Source of the DNA: an archaeon
GTDB lineage: Archaea > Nanobdellota > Nanobdellia > CSSed11-243R1
DNA: 64,000 nucleotides
NCBI GenBank assembly: GCA_024277205.1
Contig: JAJRVP010000005.1
Span: 2,286-66,285, forward strand
Reading direction: 5' to 3'
This document shows, one piece after another, positions 9,779 to 20,868 of this stretch. The position numbers and the translations under genes were made by a program. Every line of letters begins with the position of its first letter. Position 1 is the stretch's first letter. The notes under the pieces were generated by a model. The model made no database searches. It was not told the origin of the DNA and worked only from the letters and a program-made list of their open reading frames with translations.

Positions 9779-10450
9779 TTACCTTTTTTCTTTATTTTGT
9801 TTTGTTTGTTCAACAAATTCTACTTTTTCCAATTTGATATATTTTTTGATATCATCAATTATGACTTTTTGTGCATTTTGAGGTACTGGTTTTTCTTTGG
9901 GATAATATATTTTAACTTGTTTGTCTTTTAATTCAATTTTATAATCTGATTTGTTGGTATATAATTCTAAAATAGCTTTTACTTTTTCTTTATCATCTTC
10001 AATTTTTTTATGGATTTTTATCTCATATTCTAAAATTTTACCAGCAAGAGGATGATTGAAATCAACAATTACTCTTCCTGCACCAACTGAAACCACATAA
10101 CCAACAAGGTTGTCAACATTAACTGTCATGCCAGGATAGGGTTTAACCTTTTGATTTTTAAAAAGTCTTTCAGGAATTATTTTCAAAAGTTTTGGGTTCT
10201 TTTTTCCAAAGGCTTTTTCTGGCTCAACTTCAATTTTAAATTCATCTCCTACTTTTTTGCCAATTAATGCTTCATCAATTCCTTTGATTAAATGTCCTGC
10301 ACCAATAACAATTGTTATAGGGCCATACTTTGTTTTTTCATTATAAACATTTTCTTTTTTTGCAAGCTTTTCATCTGTTAAATCAAAAATTCTTCCTTCT
10401 ACTCTGCCAATATAATCTATGTTTACAAAATCTCCTTTTTTAAGAGCCAA
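9779..10450 (-). CDS. Long-type FKBP peptidyl-prolyl isomerase (SlyD-like)
   Basis: KGDFVNIDYIG, FDLT, GHLIKGIDEAL, PEKAFG, DFNHPLAGK; TTG start with a GGTGA SD. Confidence 0.9.
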   Translation of the reverse strand: MALKKGDFVNIDYIGRVEGRIFDLTDEKLAKKENVYNEKTKYGPITIVIGAGHLIKGIDEALIGKKVGDEFKIEVEPEKAFGKKNPKLLKIIPERLFKNQKVKPYPGMTVNVDNLVGYVVSVGAGRVIVDFNHPLAGKILEYEIKIHKKIEDDKEKVKAILELYTNKSDYKIELKDKQVKIYYPKEKPVPQNAQKVIIDDIKKYIKLEKVEFVEQTKQNKEKR

Positions 10451-10459
10451 GATATCACC

Positions 10460-10696
10460 CTATTTTTCTAAAGTAATCTCTATCAAAGAAGTTCTTTTAT
10501 CATCTTTCTCTTCAGTATCTATTTTAATATTTTTTACTTTAAACCCTTCAGCTTTTAGAAGTTCAGCTGTGTCAACTGCTTTTACAGTGTCTCTTCCTAT
10601 TCCTTTGATTGTAACCTCGCTTTTTTCATCAAATGTTTTTTTTGCTTGTTCTACATATTCATTTGTTTCTTTTTCACCAACTAAAATTGTTTCCAT
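10460..10696 (-). CDS. Alba-family protein, divergent and acidic
   Basis: ILVGEK..NEYV, EVTIKGIGR, KAVDTAE and SLIEITLEK align by eye with Alba. Confidence 0.8.
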   Translation of the reverse strand: METILVGEKETNEYVEQAKKTFDEKSEVTIKGIGRDTVKAVDTAELLKAEGFKVKNIKIDTEEKDDKRTSLIEITLEK

Positions 10697-10770
10697 ACAA
10701 AATCCTCCTTTTGCTAAGTTATTGCTAAATTAGCAAAAAAATAAGGTTTTAAAAAGGTTATTGTTAATCT

Positions 10771-13575
10771 CTAGTTGAAAGGATTACAATCTGCTGGCCA
10801 TACAGATGGAGTGGGAATTAGATCCCATTTATCTGTCCCTCCACAAAGAACTGAATAAGAGTCTCCTCCAACATCTGTTATAGAATCCCCATTATCACAA
10901 AATCTCATATAAGTGTCACATAAAACATGACTATCGTACAAACCATAAATAGAAGATGGTATTCCATAGATATCTGATTTTTCCATGTCATCTGGTATTA
11001 TTTGTATCTGAAGATATGGATGATAATCCTCCCCTTCTCCAAATGTACAATCTCCTGGAGAATCACAATCAATAAATGCATAACAATATCGCATAGATGT
11101 TCTTACACAATCCCATATGAATGTCTTTGTAACTGAATTTTCAGGTGCCAATTCAAAACTAGCTTCCTGCAACCAACTATATGGTTCACCAGTAATAAAA
11201 TCATTGTCTTTTTCTGTACCTAAATCTACTTTTATTTTCCCTGTTTCTGGAAGATTTCCATAATTTTTAATAGTAATTGAAATTTTGACAAAACCAACAT
11301 CCTCTCTTCCTACGCAACACCAATATGTATCATATCCACCCCCTCTTTTAAATTCTACTTGTATCGCTTCAATTAAAACACTTCTTGGTGTTTCACATTT
11401 TTGTTTTTCTTCATTCCACAATTCAGAAGGATTACAACACACACCTGGGACTTTTGGATTGGTGTTCACCTTATTTTCCACAATTGTTTCTTCGGGGTTA
11501 TTGTATTGTTCTGTAACATATTTTAAACCTGGTTTACACATTTCAGAACATGTTGCTTCTTCATTTCGTTCTTTCCATTTTATAACACACCCTCTTGGGT
11601 CTGAAAAAGTTGAATCTGTTGTTGGACATCTTGAACAACCCAAATTACTACAAGAACCTATAAACTCAGGTAATGTTCCATCTGCAGATTCTCCACAATC
11701 TTGTGGGCAGTTCCAACATCTTTCTCCCGAATCATATGAACAAATACCATCTCCACAAATTGGAATTTCTGTATAACAAAGAACTCCTTCTCCTTCGCAA
11801 CCACCCAAAATTTGTTGGGTTGCTTCCCCAATTGGTTGTAAGTCCTCACCAACAAACATTGGAATGATATCCGTAGTACTTAAAATACTTGGAGCCATGT
11901 CATATGAAAATTTCCAATTGTATGTGTATCTTGAGATTCTGTGGGTGTTATATTCGCAATAGTTATTATCACACCCTTGACTATAATCTGATTGGTGTTG
12001 ATAACATCCAGTTACTGCTTTTCCATCTTCACATCTATAATACTTTGCCATATTATCTATTATGTCTGAATAATTACTCCATAACCATCTTACTAAGTTC
12101 TCTTTGTTGGTTGTATCTGGTAAGCAAAAAATTGTTTGATCTTCACATTTTGGGCAATCACAATTTGGACCATTTGGTGCAGAACCACCATAACAATTCA
12201 TTCCATATGTAAAGTTTCTATATGTTGGGTTTCCGCAATTAATAGAACTTGTTGGTGATATCTGAACATTTTCTCTTTTTGAAGCAAATGAAAAGTGCAA
12301 TGGGATTGATATTCCTGCCACATCTTTCCATCTTTGTAATGGTATTTTATCACTGCAAGTATCAATACAATCTGTTTGTCTTCCAAGATAGTCATAACAT
12401 ATACCTAAATCATCTGGACGTTCATTAATTTCTAATGTAGTTGTAATTGGTGTAAGGGCGCCACCTACATATGTTTGTATGTGATAAACCCCTTGTGGAA
12501 TGTCTGGTGTTCTAAATGCGCAAATTGCAGTTTGATTAAATGACTTAACTTCACACAATTCAGTTGATCCAATTTTTAATTTAACAACTGCATCTTTACA
12601 ATTTTGTAAGTTATATATCTGTGCAAGTATTGTATCATTTCCGCAAGCACGATTTTTTGAAAGTTCTAATATGCCAGCACAATATTGGCATCCTGTTGAA
12701 GGGGGTTCAATTACATTTACTTGTGCATCATCTGTGTCCTCTATGATTAATGTTGTATTTTTAACTTTCAGATTTATAGTATAAACTCCTGTTGAAGTAA
12801 AGGTGTGTTGAATTATTTTTCCATACTCAGAGATACCTCCACCATACCAGTAGTATTCGTCTATAAATCCACGCGAGCCACTTCCGTCTAATTTTATAGG
12901 ATAATCTTTGCATGCTACTCTGTCAGGTCCTGCATCTGCAACAATTGTACAAGAAGGATCACTTGTATCCCATGTGTACTTGCAAATATTTCCACTACAT
13001 TGTTTAATCATACAAGATCTATCTGAACAATCTGTAGAAGATATACATTCAACACAGCTACTTGTTGATGAATCACACAATGGTGTGTCCCCTGAACAAA
13101 CTGTAGTGGCGTAGTTACAAGTTGGTGTACAACTGCCACAAGTTCCACTTCCAGTGCAATACTGAGTACAAGATGCTGTTGAAGTTATTGGTGTTTTTAA
13201 TACATTGCCTTGGCAAAAAGAAGAACATGTGATTGTGTTTGTTCCGCAAGGAGTAGATGATGGATAATAGCTTGTTAACCCTGTATGTCCTGTTGATGTA
13301 TCACAATTTGCACTTGTATCGCAATATGTACAAGGATCACCTGCATAATCTCCTGCGTCACAATCGCAATTTTTTATTTGTCCTGTTACACAAATTGCAT
13401 TTGTAGGATCGCAAGTAAGCCCTGAACAACAAGGTATTGAAGCACTACAACTTTCACCTATTTGAGCACAAGTTGGTGCTACACTTTTGCTAATGCTTAT
13501 GTTAATAAAAACTATTGCAAGCACTACAAAAATCTTCAATATTTTTGAATTAACTTTTGATTTCATTTTAATCAT
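10771..13575 (-). CDS. Large secreted Cys-rich surface protein with a PKD domain
   Basis: Sec-type N-terminus; Cys-rich N-terminal region; PKD-like VADAGPD...LDGSGS...HTFTSTGVYTINLKV (~12710-12945); CGDGIC...ERCWNCPQDC repeat; CARDB/Ig-like ITIKNYGN segment. Confidence 0.7.
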   Translation of the reverse strand: MIKMKSKVNSKILKIFVVLAIVFINISISKSVAPTCAQIGESCSASIPCCSGLTCDPTNAICVTGQIKNCDCDAGDYAGDPCTYCDTSANCDTSTGHTGLTSYYPSSTPCGTNTITCSSFCQGNVLKTPITSTASCTQYCTGSGTCGSCTPTCNYATTVCSGDTPLCDSSTSSCVECISSTDCSDRSCMIKQCSGNICKYTWDTSDPSCTIVADAGPDRVACKDYPIKLDGSGSRGFIDEYYWYGGGISEYGKIIQHTFTSTGVYTINLKVKNTTLIIEDTDDAQVNVIEPPSTGCQYCAGILELSKNRACGNDTILAQIYNLQNCKDAVVKLKIGSTELCEVKSFNQTAICAFRTPDIPQGVYHIQTYVGGALTPITTTLEINERPDDLGICYDYLGRQTDCIDTCSDKIPLQRWKDVAGISIPLHFSFASKRENVQISPTSSINCGNPTYRNFTYGMNCYGGSAPNGPNCDCPKCEDQTIFCLPDTTNKENLVRWLWSNYSDIIDNMAKYYRCEDGKAVTGCYQHQSDYSQGCDNNYCEYNTHRISRYTYNWKFSYDMAPSILSTTDIIPMFVGEDLQPIGEATQQILGGCEGEGVLCYTEIPICGDGICSYDSGERCWNCPQDCGESADGTLPEFIGSCSNLGCSRCPTTDSTFSDPRGCVIKWKERNEEATCSEMCKPGLKYVTEQYNNPEETIVENKVNTNPKVPGVCCNPSELWNEEKQKCETPRSVLIEAIQVEFKRGGGYDTYWCCVGREDVGFVKISITIKNYGNLPETGKIKVDLGTEKDNDFITGEPYSWLQEASFELAPENSVTKTFIWDCVRTSMRYCYAFIDCDSPGDCTFGEGEDYHPYLQIQIIPDDMEKSDIYGIPSSIYGLYDSHVLCDTYMRFCDNGDSITDVGGDSYSVLCGGTDKWDLIPTPSVWPADCNPFN

Positions 13576-16500
13576 TATAATCTATGTATCCTTGAACATA
13601 ATTAGATGTGCATGTAAATGATACATAAGAACCATCGCACCACCAATCTCCTGGTTCTTTGTTATACCCTATGCTTGTTCTTAAGGAATCACTACATAAA
13701 TATCCAGAAATAACACAATCTTGACAGTCCCCACTTACTGTTGTTGGATATTGGAATTTTTCACCACATCTTGTATAAGTATCTGCTGTAACTGTGTGTG
13801 AATCACACAATGGCCACACACCCGTATAATAAACACATGTTGGAGCAGTATCTTGACATATAACAGCAGTGGTACATGAACTAGTACCGCACCCTATAGA
13901 TACCCCGCTTCCACTTTTAGCATGCCAGCACTTGCTACCTCCATGGCATAAATTATCAGTACCTAAATATGCTGGGAAATAACATTTATCAAATGGACTT
14001 CCACAGTTTACTCCAACATAGTATCCTAAAAATCCTGCTGTTCCAGTACAAGTGGGGCAAGGTGGTTGTCCACCCTCTGAGCCACAAGGTACACATGTTC
14101 CTCCTGAACAGGTATTTCTATACCCTGGAATTGTACCCCATGCTGAAAAAGCAAAGTGGTAACATCCTTGCGTATCATCGAAATAACCATCTGTGTATTC
14201 ATTATCACAACAGATATCTCCTGCAAACCCACATTCTACACATATTCCACTTCCATTTGGAGCTAAAGGTGGGCTTGTGTCATAACAGCCATTGTACATT
14301 CCTGTATCTGTGTATGGGCATTGTGGTTGATTAAGAGTTCCGCATGGCACACATTGTGGTGTATTGCCTCCACTGCAATATCCTGTATTACATTTATTAT
14401 TATCAAATGTGGCTCCATCTTCAACATTATCACAACATATTTGGTTATCTCCTCCACAAGTATAGCAATATCCTTGTGTATAAGAGTAACTTCCAGTTGA
14501 GTAGGTTGATGGCGCTTTTGCAGTTCCATCTATGCAACCGTTGTAATAATTACTACAATCATCATCACAAGCTTCAAGACCATCCAAACCACAATCATTT
14601 ATAATTAGTGTTGTTGATGCTGTTTCTCCAGCATCATTTGTATCTCCATCACCATTAATGTCAACTGTTGCTGTTATTGTGCAGGTTCCTGGTGTTGTAA
14701 ATGTAATAATTTCTGATACGCCCCCAGTATTTATACCGCCAGCCCCAAATGTTTCTGTTGTTACAGAACCGCTTCCACAGCCAGTCCATGAAATTGTGGC
14801 TGTTTTTGAGTCGCAATAATTACATAAACCAGTTACAATAACATTTGCAGAACTACATTTCTTAATCGATGTTGGATCTACAACAATGTTGACTTCTCCG
14901 ACACAAACCTCTTCCCAACATTTATTTTTATAATCACTATCGGCATATGAAGTATTACAACAAGATAATCCTGGGCCCCCAATTCCTTCTCCACAGCATG
15001 GACAATCTTCTCCTGGGAAATTAGCACAATACTCTGTTGTTTCTGGTTTACAAATAGCATCTGTACAATCTGCTGGATCTGGTTCTGCTATTGCTCTTGG
15101 AGCATCACCACCAGAATCTAAATCAGTAGCATTATATACTTTATCAGAAAATCCTGAGCCAGTATATTCTAAATCAAATGAAGAAATTAAATAACGATAT
15201 TCTATATCTGCAAATGCTTGGAATTCAACAACATGGAATTGATTATTTGCAGTATTTTTTGTTCCAGTTATTCTAATATATTTAACTTTCATTGGCGTAA
15301 TATTCCATTCTTCAACACTTTTATGGCTGCCTGTTGTAGCATCAACTAATTTATTCCAATGAACTCCATCAAGCGAACCTTCTATCTTGTACAAATAATA
15401 TCTATCATCCTTATCCCATAAATGTATTCTTACACTATCAATAACATATTCGTCTGCAAGAGTGATTATCATTGCTTGAGCATCATCTACTCCACCATCT
15501 CCATTTGGATCCCATAATACATATCCATATCCATACGAACCATCATAATGAGTTTCATCACCATCAATTACATGTTGTAATCTTTGATTATACAATTCTC
15601 CTTCTATGCGAGCTGGTGCTGTTGGATCAGAGTAATCAACTGCTTTTATTTGCGCCCCCCAATAGAGAGAAGCAACATTTTTTTCAACTGGTTTAGAAAG
15701 CAATTCTTTATTCATACGATTAATAATCCTTTTAATAACACATTTCATAGCATTGTTATCATTATTAGACGTTGTTGAGCAATCTCCACTAAAATAATCA
15801 ACTCTCAATTTTCCTTCATCAGTCATAATTGCATGAACTTTGCAATTTCCAGAATATGTATCTGAAATAGATGTTGGAAAACTACAAAGGTTTGGTTCTT
15901 CATTTGGATATAAATCAGGATTGTTTTTTATGTAATCTACAAGTACTTTAAAGGGTTGTTGCGGGGATTTACAAAGCGTTGTATCCTCTGTACATGTTTC
16001 TCCAGGTGCTAAATCTTTATCAACAGTTCCATCACCATCACTATCAAATTGAGTATCGCTGCATACGCATGCTTCTATGCTACCGTCGCTATAGTGTTTT
16101 ACAACAGATTGATCTTTATCGATTATGCTTGGAATTGGAGAGTATTGTGGGTCCTTTAAAAAATCTTCAAAATATTCGTCCTCTACAAAACTTTTTGCCT
16201 CATAATAAACATCAAAAAATCTGGTTTTTGAAAAAAGATGCACATAGGGTTTTACTTCATATTCCACACTTGGATTTTCTGGAGGAACAGATAAGATTAT
16301 ATAATCTTGTCCAACAGGTATCCATCTTGTTTGGAGAATTCCATCTTCTGTATTTACATCTCTTTGCAGATTAAAATCTAAATAATAGTTAAAATAAATG
16401 GGATACATGGTTCCTGCTGTTAATGCATTTAAAACATTTTCATTTGGTTTGGCATAAAATTGTCCTGCATATGTTCTGAATGTTTCCATTACTTTTTCAA

Positions 16501-17014
16501 AACTTGGAATGCAAGTATAGGAATTAACGCGCCAATAAGGTAGATATTTTTCAGCAATGTAAGGAACATTTAAATCTTTCCTGCCACAACTAAATCCTGC
16601 CCCATTGTTAATATTTGGAAAACAATAATTTGGTAGAATTACTTGGCTACCTCTACGACATTTACCTTTGTTAATACCAGCAGTTATACATACTGACCCA
16701 GTTGGACATGTACTCCCACAAGTTGGTAATGTGCAATCTTGGCTAGGTATCAAATCTGAAATTGAATATCCTCCAAATGAACCAGTAGCAAAAAGAGATT
16801 TATCAACTGCATAACCTCTTTCTTGATCTAACAATTTTTTAAACATTTCCGCGTTCTTGGCTGCAGATATAGCACTAAACCTAAAAAAACTTGCTTGAGA
16901 TGCAGATTCCAAATCTTTTGAAAGTCCGAGCATACCAACTATTAATATTATTGCTATTGCAAGTGCATACAAAAATGCACTTATGCCATACAATTGGGCT
17001 TTTCTTAATCTCAT
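13568..17014 (-). CDS. Giant pilin-like adhesin with class III signal, F5/8-type-C (discoidin) domain and Cys-rich repeats
   Basis: RKA|Q followed by a hydrophobic helix; discoidin motifs (YKIEGSLDGVHW, KYIRITG, VVEFQAF); DxDGDG-type loops; CxxCG-x4/5-CC-like repeats; ATGA overlap at 17011-17014. Confidence 0.75.
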   Translation of the reverse strand: MRLRKAQLYGISAFLYALAIAIILIVGMLGLSKDLESASQASFFRFSAISAAKNAEMFKKLLDQERGYAVDKSLFATGSFGGYSISDLIPSQDCTLPTCGSTCPTGSVCITAGINKGKCRRGSQVILPNYCFPNINNGAGFSCGRKDLNVPYIAEKYLPYWRVNSYTCIPSFEKVMETFRTYAGQFYAKPNENVLNALTAGTMYPIYFNYYLDFNLQRDVNTEDGILQTRWIPVGQDYIILSVPPENPSVEYEVKPYVHLFSKTRFFDVYYEAKSFVEDEYFEDFLKDPQYSPIPSIIDKDQSVVKHYSDGSIEACVCSDTQFDSDGDGTVDKDLAPGETCTEDTTLCKSPQQPFKVLVDYIKNNPDLYPNEEPNLCSFPTSISDTYSGNCKVHAIMTDEGKLRVDYFSGDCSTTSNNDNNAMKCVIKRIINRMNKELLSKPVEKNVASLYWGAQIKAVDYSDPTAPARIEGELYNQRLQHVIDGDETHYDGSYGYGYVLWDPNGDGGVDDAQAMIITLADEYVIDSVRIHLWDKDDRYYLYKIEGSLDGVHWNKLVDATTGSHKSVEEWNITPMKVKYIRITGTKNTANNQFHVVEFQAFADIEYRYLISSFDLEYTGSGFSDKVYNATDLDSGGDAPRAIAEPDPADCTDAICKPETTEYCANFPGEDCPCCGEGIGGPGLSCCNTSYADSDYKNKCWEEVCVGEVNIVVDPTSIKKCSSANVIVTGLCNYCDSKTATISWTGCGSGSVTTETFGAGGINTGGVSEIITFTTPGTCTITATVDINGDGDTNDAGETASTTLIINDCGLDGLEACDDDCSNYYNGCIDGTAKAPSTYSTGSYSYTQGYCYTCGGDNQICCDNVEDGATFDNNKCNTGYCSGGNTPQCVPCGTLNQPQCPYTDTGMYNGCYDTSPPLAPNGSGICVECGFAGDICCDNEYTDGYFDDTQGCYHFAFSAWGTIPGYRNTCSGGTCVPCGSEGGQPPCPTCTGTAGFLGYYVGVNCGSPFDKCYFPAYLGTDNLCHGGSKCWHAKSGSGVSIGCGTSSCTTAVICQDTAPTCVYYTGVWPLCDSHTVTADTYTRCGEKFQYPTTVSGDCQDCVISGYLCSDSLRTSIGYNKEPGDWWCDGSYVSFTCTSNYVQGYIDYND

Positions 17015-17622
17015 TCTACGCACCTGCCCCCACTACATTTTAAACCCGGATCGCAAAAATTACCTGGACAACATTCTTTTCCTTTAATCCCACAAGCATC
17101 TGTATCTTCTGCCACAAACAATTCTGCTGTACCTATTTGTCCAGTTGGGTTGTAAATTGGAATAAAACAAAATTGTTTTATTGTTAAACCTTTTTCTTTG
17201 AGTTCGTCCATGATTTCTTTTCTCAAATCGCCAGATATTCTTTTAGATGCTAAATAACCTTCTATATAAGTTGGTTTTTGCCCCAAAGGTGTTGTTTTTA
17301 ACTTGGTTGTGTAATCAACTAGCGTAGTATTAAATTCGTTTGAAACAAAAATGTATCTTCTATCTCCACCAAAATAATTATACATTTTACTAAATTCTGG
17401 GTGTTTGCTTACATTGTCTCCTTCTCTTATGTATTCATCTCCTATTAAGGGAAGTATCATGAAAAAGCATCTTTGATCTATTTCTTGATCAAGAATGGAT
17501 ATCATGCCCTCAAGTGTTATACCATTAACAAATGTATTTAAGAAAAATATGCCACCCAACCCAATTACAGCTACTACAACCATTCCAACTAATGCATCTG
17601 GTCCAAATTGCGCGCGTTTCAT
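17011..17622 (-). CDS. Minor pilin-like protein
   Basis: KRA|Q followed by a hydrophobic helix; C-terminal CGIKGKECC...C...C...C module. Confidence 0.7.
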   Translation of the reverse strand: MKRAQFGPDALVGMVVVAVIGLGGIFFLNTFVNGITLEGMISILDQEIDQRCFFMILPLIGDEYIREGDNVSKHPEFSKMYNYFGGDRRYIFVSNEFNTTLVDYTTKLKTTPLGQKPTYIEGYLASKRISGDLRKEIMDELKEKGLTIKQFCFIPIYNPTGQIGTAELFVAEDTDACGIKGKECCPGNFCDPGLKCSGGRCVE

Positions 17623-18704
17623 TTTTTCACATATTTTGCTTTAAATTCAATTTCTGGTAGAGTCATACCTTGATGGTTTTCTCCTTCAAGCAAACAAGTT
17701 TGTATGAGCAACACACCAGGTTTTAATTCCCCATTATCATAAATACTAATTGGTATGATGGTTCTTTTCACACTTGAAGCATCAAAACATGTGGTATCCA
17801 ACTGATTCCATATCCCGATCTGATAGTTTTCTTTGCTTGTGTTTGCTGCAACAGTTCCTTCAAAAACATAAAGTGGTTCATAAACTTTCCATATTGGCAA
17901 TATCCCACCAGGGTCGGATTTATTATCCTCTATAACGCAAGCCCCTGAAAAGAGATTTGGTGGATGGTCATCATAATTATCAACATAACAATCTCCTTTT
18001 TTACATGATTGTGTATATGGATACGCAGTTGTGGATTTACATATATCTGAAACATAACACCCATATGTATTTCCTTCATCATCAACACATCCATTTGCAT
18101 TCCAGGAATAATCACAACCACACATTGCGTGATAGTCCAAATTACATCCTGCAATATTTCCTCTATTTTTATAATTAACTTTACAGGGTACTAATTTTTT
18201 ATTTATTCTCCCTAGCAAAGAAGTTACAATTCCTTCCTTAATTGTTGTTGGATTAGTTAAACCAGTCACAAATTGTGGAGTTTCGCCGCTCAAGTCTACA
18301 ACTGCAATATCATACTTAAATGCTGCACCAGTACCTTTAGCAGCATCCCACACACCTTCCGCTACATCTGCTTTTAAGTCATAATTGTCTTTCCTCATAC
18401 AGTTAATATGTTCGTAATCAATCACTTTATTTTTATCAATTATATTTGGAAATACTCTGCTAACAAATTTTAATTGTTGGGATTCTAGATTTACAATTAT
18501 TTCCCTATCCTCATAAGCTAAACAATCTGCAGAAGAAACAATTCTTCTTGTTGCAAGAAGATAAGCTGTGTTTTCATCAAATTCTCTGATTGTAAATTTA
18601 ACATGTTGTGTCATTGACAAGAGTGAGATTAAAACTATGAAAAATATCATTATTGAAACGAGCTGAAGTGCAAAAAATACAAGTAATGCTTGTCCTTTTT
18701 TCAT
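17619..18704 (-). CDS. Minor pilin-like protein
   Basis: KKG|Q followed by a hydrophobic helix; RRIVSSADCLAY segment; Cys-rich insert. Confidence 0.7.
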   Translation of the reverse strand: MKKGQALLVFFALQLVSIMIFFIVLISLLSMTQHVKFTIREFDENTAYLLATRRIVSSADCLAYEDREIIVNLESQQLKFVSRVFPNIIDKNKVIDYEHINCMRKDNYDLKADVAEGVWDAAKGTGAAFKYDIAVVDLSGETPQFVTGLTNPTTIKEGIVTSLLGRINKKLVPCKVNYKNRGNIAGCNLDYHAMCGCDYSWNANGCVDDEGNTYGCYVSDICKSTTAYPYTQSCKKGDCYVDNYDDHPPNLFSGACVIEDNKSDPGGILPIWKVYEPLYVFEGTVAANTSKENYQIGIWNQLDTTCFDASSVKRTIIPISIYDNGELKPGVLLIQTCLLEGENHQGMTLPEIEFKAKYVKK

Positions 18705-20002
18705 GGATTTTCCTCCAAATTTATAGTTACTCCAAAATATGGTTTGGTAGCAATTGATTCATCAACATAACACTTTCCTATTGATATATCGCATGTACAA
18801 CCTACTGAAGATATACAACTGACTTGTGTGACAACCTTAATGCTTCTATATTCTAAGTAAGAATCTCTATTATTAAATGAGGGGTTATCTATTGTAAATT
18901 CGCATCTCTCGATAGAATTTAATTTAGAAATATCAAAACAATAAATATCTACATCTGTTTGTTGTGTCTCATCCACAACATTTTGTGGATCTTGTGCAAC
19001 TCTTTTTAAACATACATCGCCGATGTTATAAATTTTTATATAATACATTGGTAGGAGTACTATTTCTTTATCTGTAGCTGTACCACTCCAACAAGAATCA
19101 TATGCTAGCTGGAGTATTTCGTATATCGGATCTCCATCATATTTTGGATAAACCCAATTCAATGTATCATAAATCCCATCTCTTATCTTTGAGATTAATA
19201 TTCTTTCTCTTACAATTTTAAATTCAACTACATCTCCATAACCATAATCTTTTAAGTTTGCAAATCCAGGATATTCAATTAACAAAGGATCCTCTAAAAC
19301 ATGACGTGGGAATCTTGCTGGCATTATTGCTTTTATATAATAAACAAAATCACCTTTTCCATAAATTGTCTTTGTTTCTTTACCTCCCTTTTGAATACCA
19401 AAATTTGAAATATTCATAAAACCGTTTAAACAAGAAAGTTGCCTCTTAGTTGGTTCTTCCCAAAAACAACCAACATCCTTATTAGAATTACAATCATTTT
19501 CATTGAATGTCTCGCAAGCTTCATAAACACCAACCCCATCTCCGCTACAATATGAGAATATGCTTTCACCATCTACTGTCCTATCATAATAAGGTATACA
19601 CCCCTCATTTTCACATCTATCCTCATCTAATAATCTACACTCATCTACACACTCTGTTCCTGTCCAAGCACATCCTACTAATTTCTGACATTTTTCTTCG
19701 GTTTCCATAAACTCGCAGGATACTATTGCCGCATTACAACCCACATTAGAATCATCCGGTTCTACAAATTGACACATTCTAGGAGGCTGATAATATACTT
19801 TGATATTATCTGGCACAGAATACGCAACATCTGCTAGGGTTACTGTATCATGTGCAATTACTGCAGCTAATCTTGCCGCATCTGTTAAGGGACCTAAAAG
19901 TGCAAATGCAAAGATTAATGAACCTATTAATGCTGCTGCGGGTATTACAATTGCGCCAATTGTCAGGGCTATATCAACTTGGGCTTTTTTTGTTTTTAGC
20001 AT
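18701..20002 (-). CDS. Minor pilin-like protein with Cys-rich repeats
   Basis: KKA|Q followed by a hydrophobic helix; three C...E..C....GC.W-like repeats. Confidence 0.7.
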   Translation of the reverse strand: MLKTKKAQVDIALTIGAIVIPAAALIGSLIFAFALLGPLTDAARLAAVIAHDTVTLADVAYSVPDNIKVYYQPPRMCQFVEPDDSNVGCNAAIVSCEFMETEEKCQKLVGCAWTGTECVDECRLLDEDRCENEGCIPYYDRTVDGESIFSYCSGDGVGVYEACETFNENDCNSNKDVGCFWEEPTKRQLSCLNGFMNISNFGIQKGGKETKTIYGKGDFVYYIKAIMPARFPRHVLEDPLLIEYPGFANLKDYGYGDVVEFKIVRERILISKIRDGIYDTLNWVYPKYDGDPIYEILQLAYDSCWSGTATDKEIVLLPMYYIKIYNIGDVCLKRVAQDPQNVVDETQQTDVDIYCFDISKLNSIERCEFTIDNPSFNNRDSYLEYRSIKVVTQVSCISSVGCTCDISIGKCYVDESIATKPYFGVTINLEENP

Positions 20003-20868
20003 TTACCACACCAAGTATCGCAAGGGATTTTATCATTTGCATTATACACAGTACTTCCACCTTCAATTTTCATATTAAGAAACCACCCATAATCTTGTTT
20101 TTCTAAAATAAATATTTCAAATTTTATTGGTCTTTTTTGGAAGGAATCACCTTTTAATCCAGCAAGCCAAACAAGAGGTTTTCCAAAATAACGAAGCGTA
20201 CAAGGATACATAGTACCATCTGGTGCTCTATATGTGCAACCAATATCTTCTATAATGCGCGCACAATCCATCACTTTTATTCGTTCAACAGCATAATCAT
20301 TTCCTTCTTTATCAAATGCATTCAATAACTTATTGTTCGCCCATGTTGTTATTTTTTGAAATTCCTCTTCCCATGTTGAACCTGCGTTAACAGTAATGAG
20401 GTTATTATAAGGAACACAATCAGCAAAGAACGAACTTGAATAATCTATCCTCAGTAAACATAGACACGCATCCTGCAAATTTCCAATATTTGGTGTTGTA
20501 CATTTTTTAATTGCAAATTTACCATCGTTCCCGATATCCTTTAATTGCTTTCCATCATAAGACCCACTATAAAGATAATCTGCTGTTTCGCGAGGTATAA
20601 TAACAGCTGCATACGCCCTTTGGTCTACATCAGTTCTTAGTTTAAATGGTGTTAAAGTTTCTTCTCCTTGTGTCATAGCTTTTGCCATTAGTGCTTTCAA
20701 ATCATTAAATGCCTGTTTATTGTTTGCATCTTCAACTGCTGTTGAAATTGACGAACCAAAATAAATAAAGATGAGCAAAATTACGACAACAATTATTATT
20801 CCCCCTATTATTTCAATCCAATATTTTGTAAATCCTTTTTTCATCTTTAAAAGGTTAATCATGGACAA
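19996..20868 (-). CDS. Minor pilin-like protein (paralogue of 20859-21767)
   Basis: KKG|F followed by a hydrophobic helix; shared FN..MxK...G.ET and CxCLxR motifs. Confidence 0.65.
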   Translation of the reverse strand: MSMINLLKMKKGFTKYWIEIIGGIIIVVVILLIFIYFGSSISTAVEDANNKQAFNDLKALMAKAMTQGEETLTPFKLRTDVDQRAYAAVIIPRETADYLYSGSYDGKQLKDIGNDGKFAIKKCTTPNIGNLQDACLCLLRIDYSSSFFADCVPYNNLITVNAGSTWEEEFQKITTWANNKLLNAFDKEGNDYAVERIKVMDCARIIEDIGCTYRAPDGTMYPCTLRYFGKPLVWLAGLKGDSFQKRPIKFEIFILEKQDYGWFLNMKIEGGSTVYNANDKIPCDTWCGKC

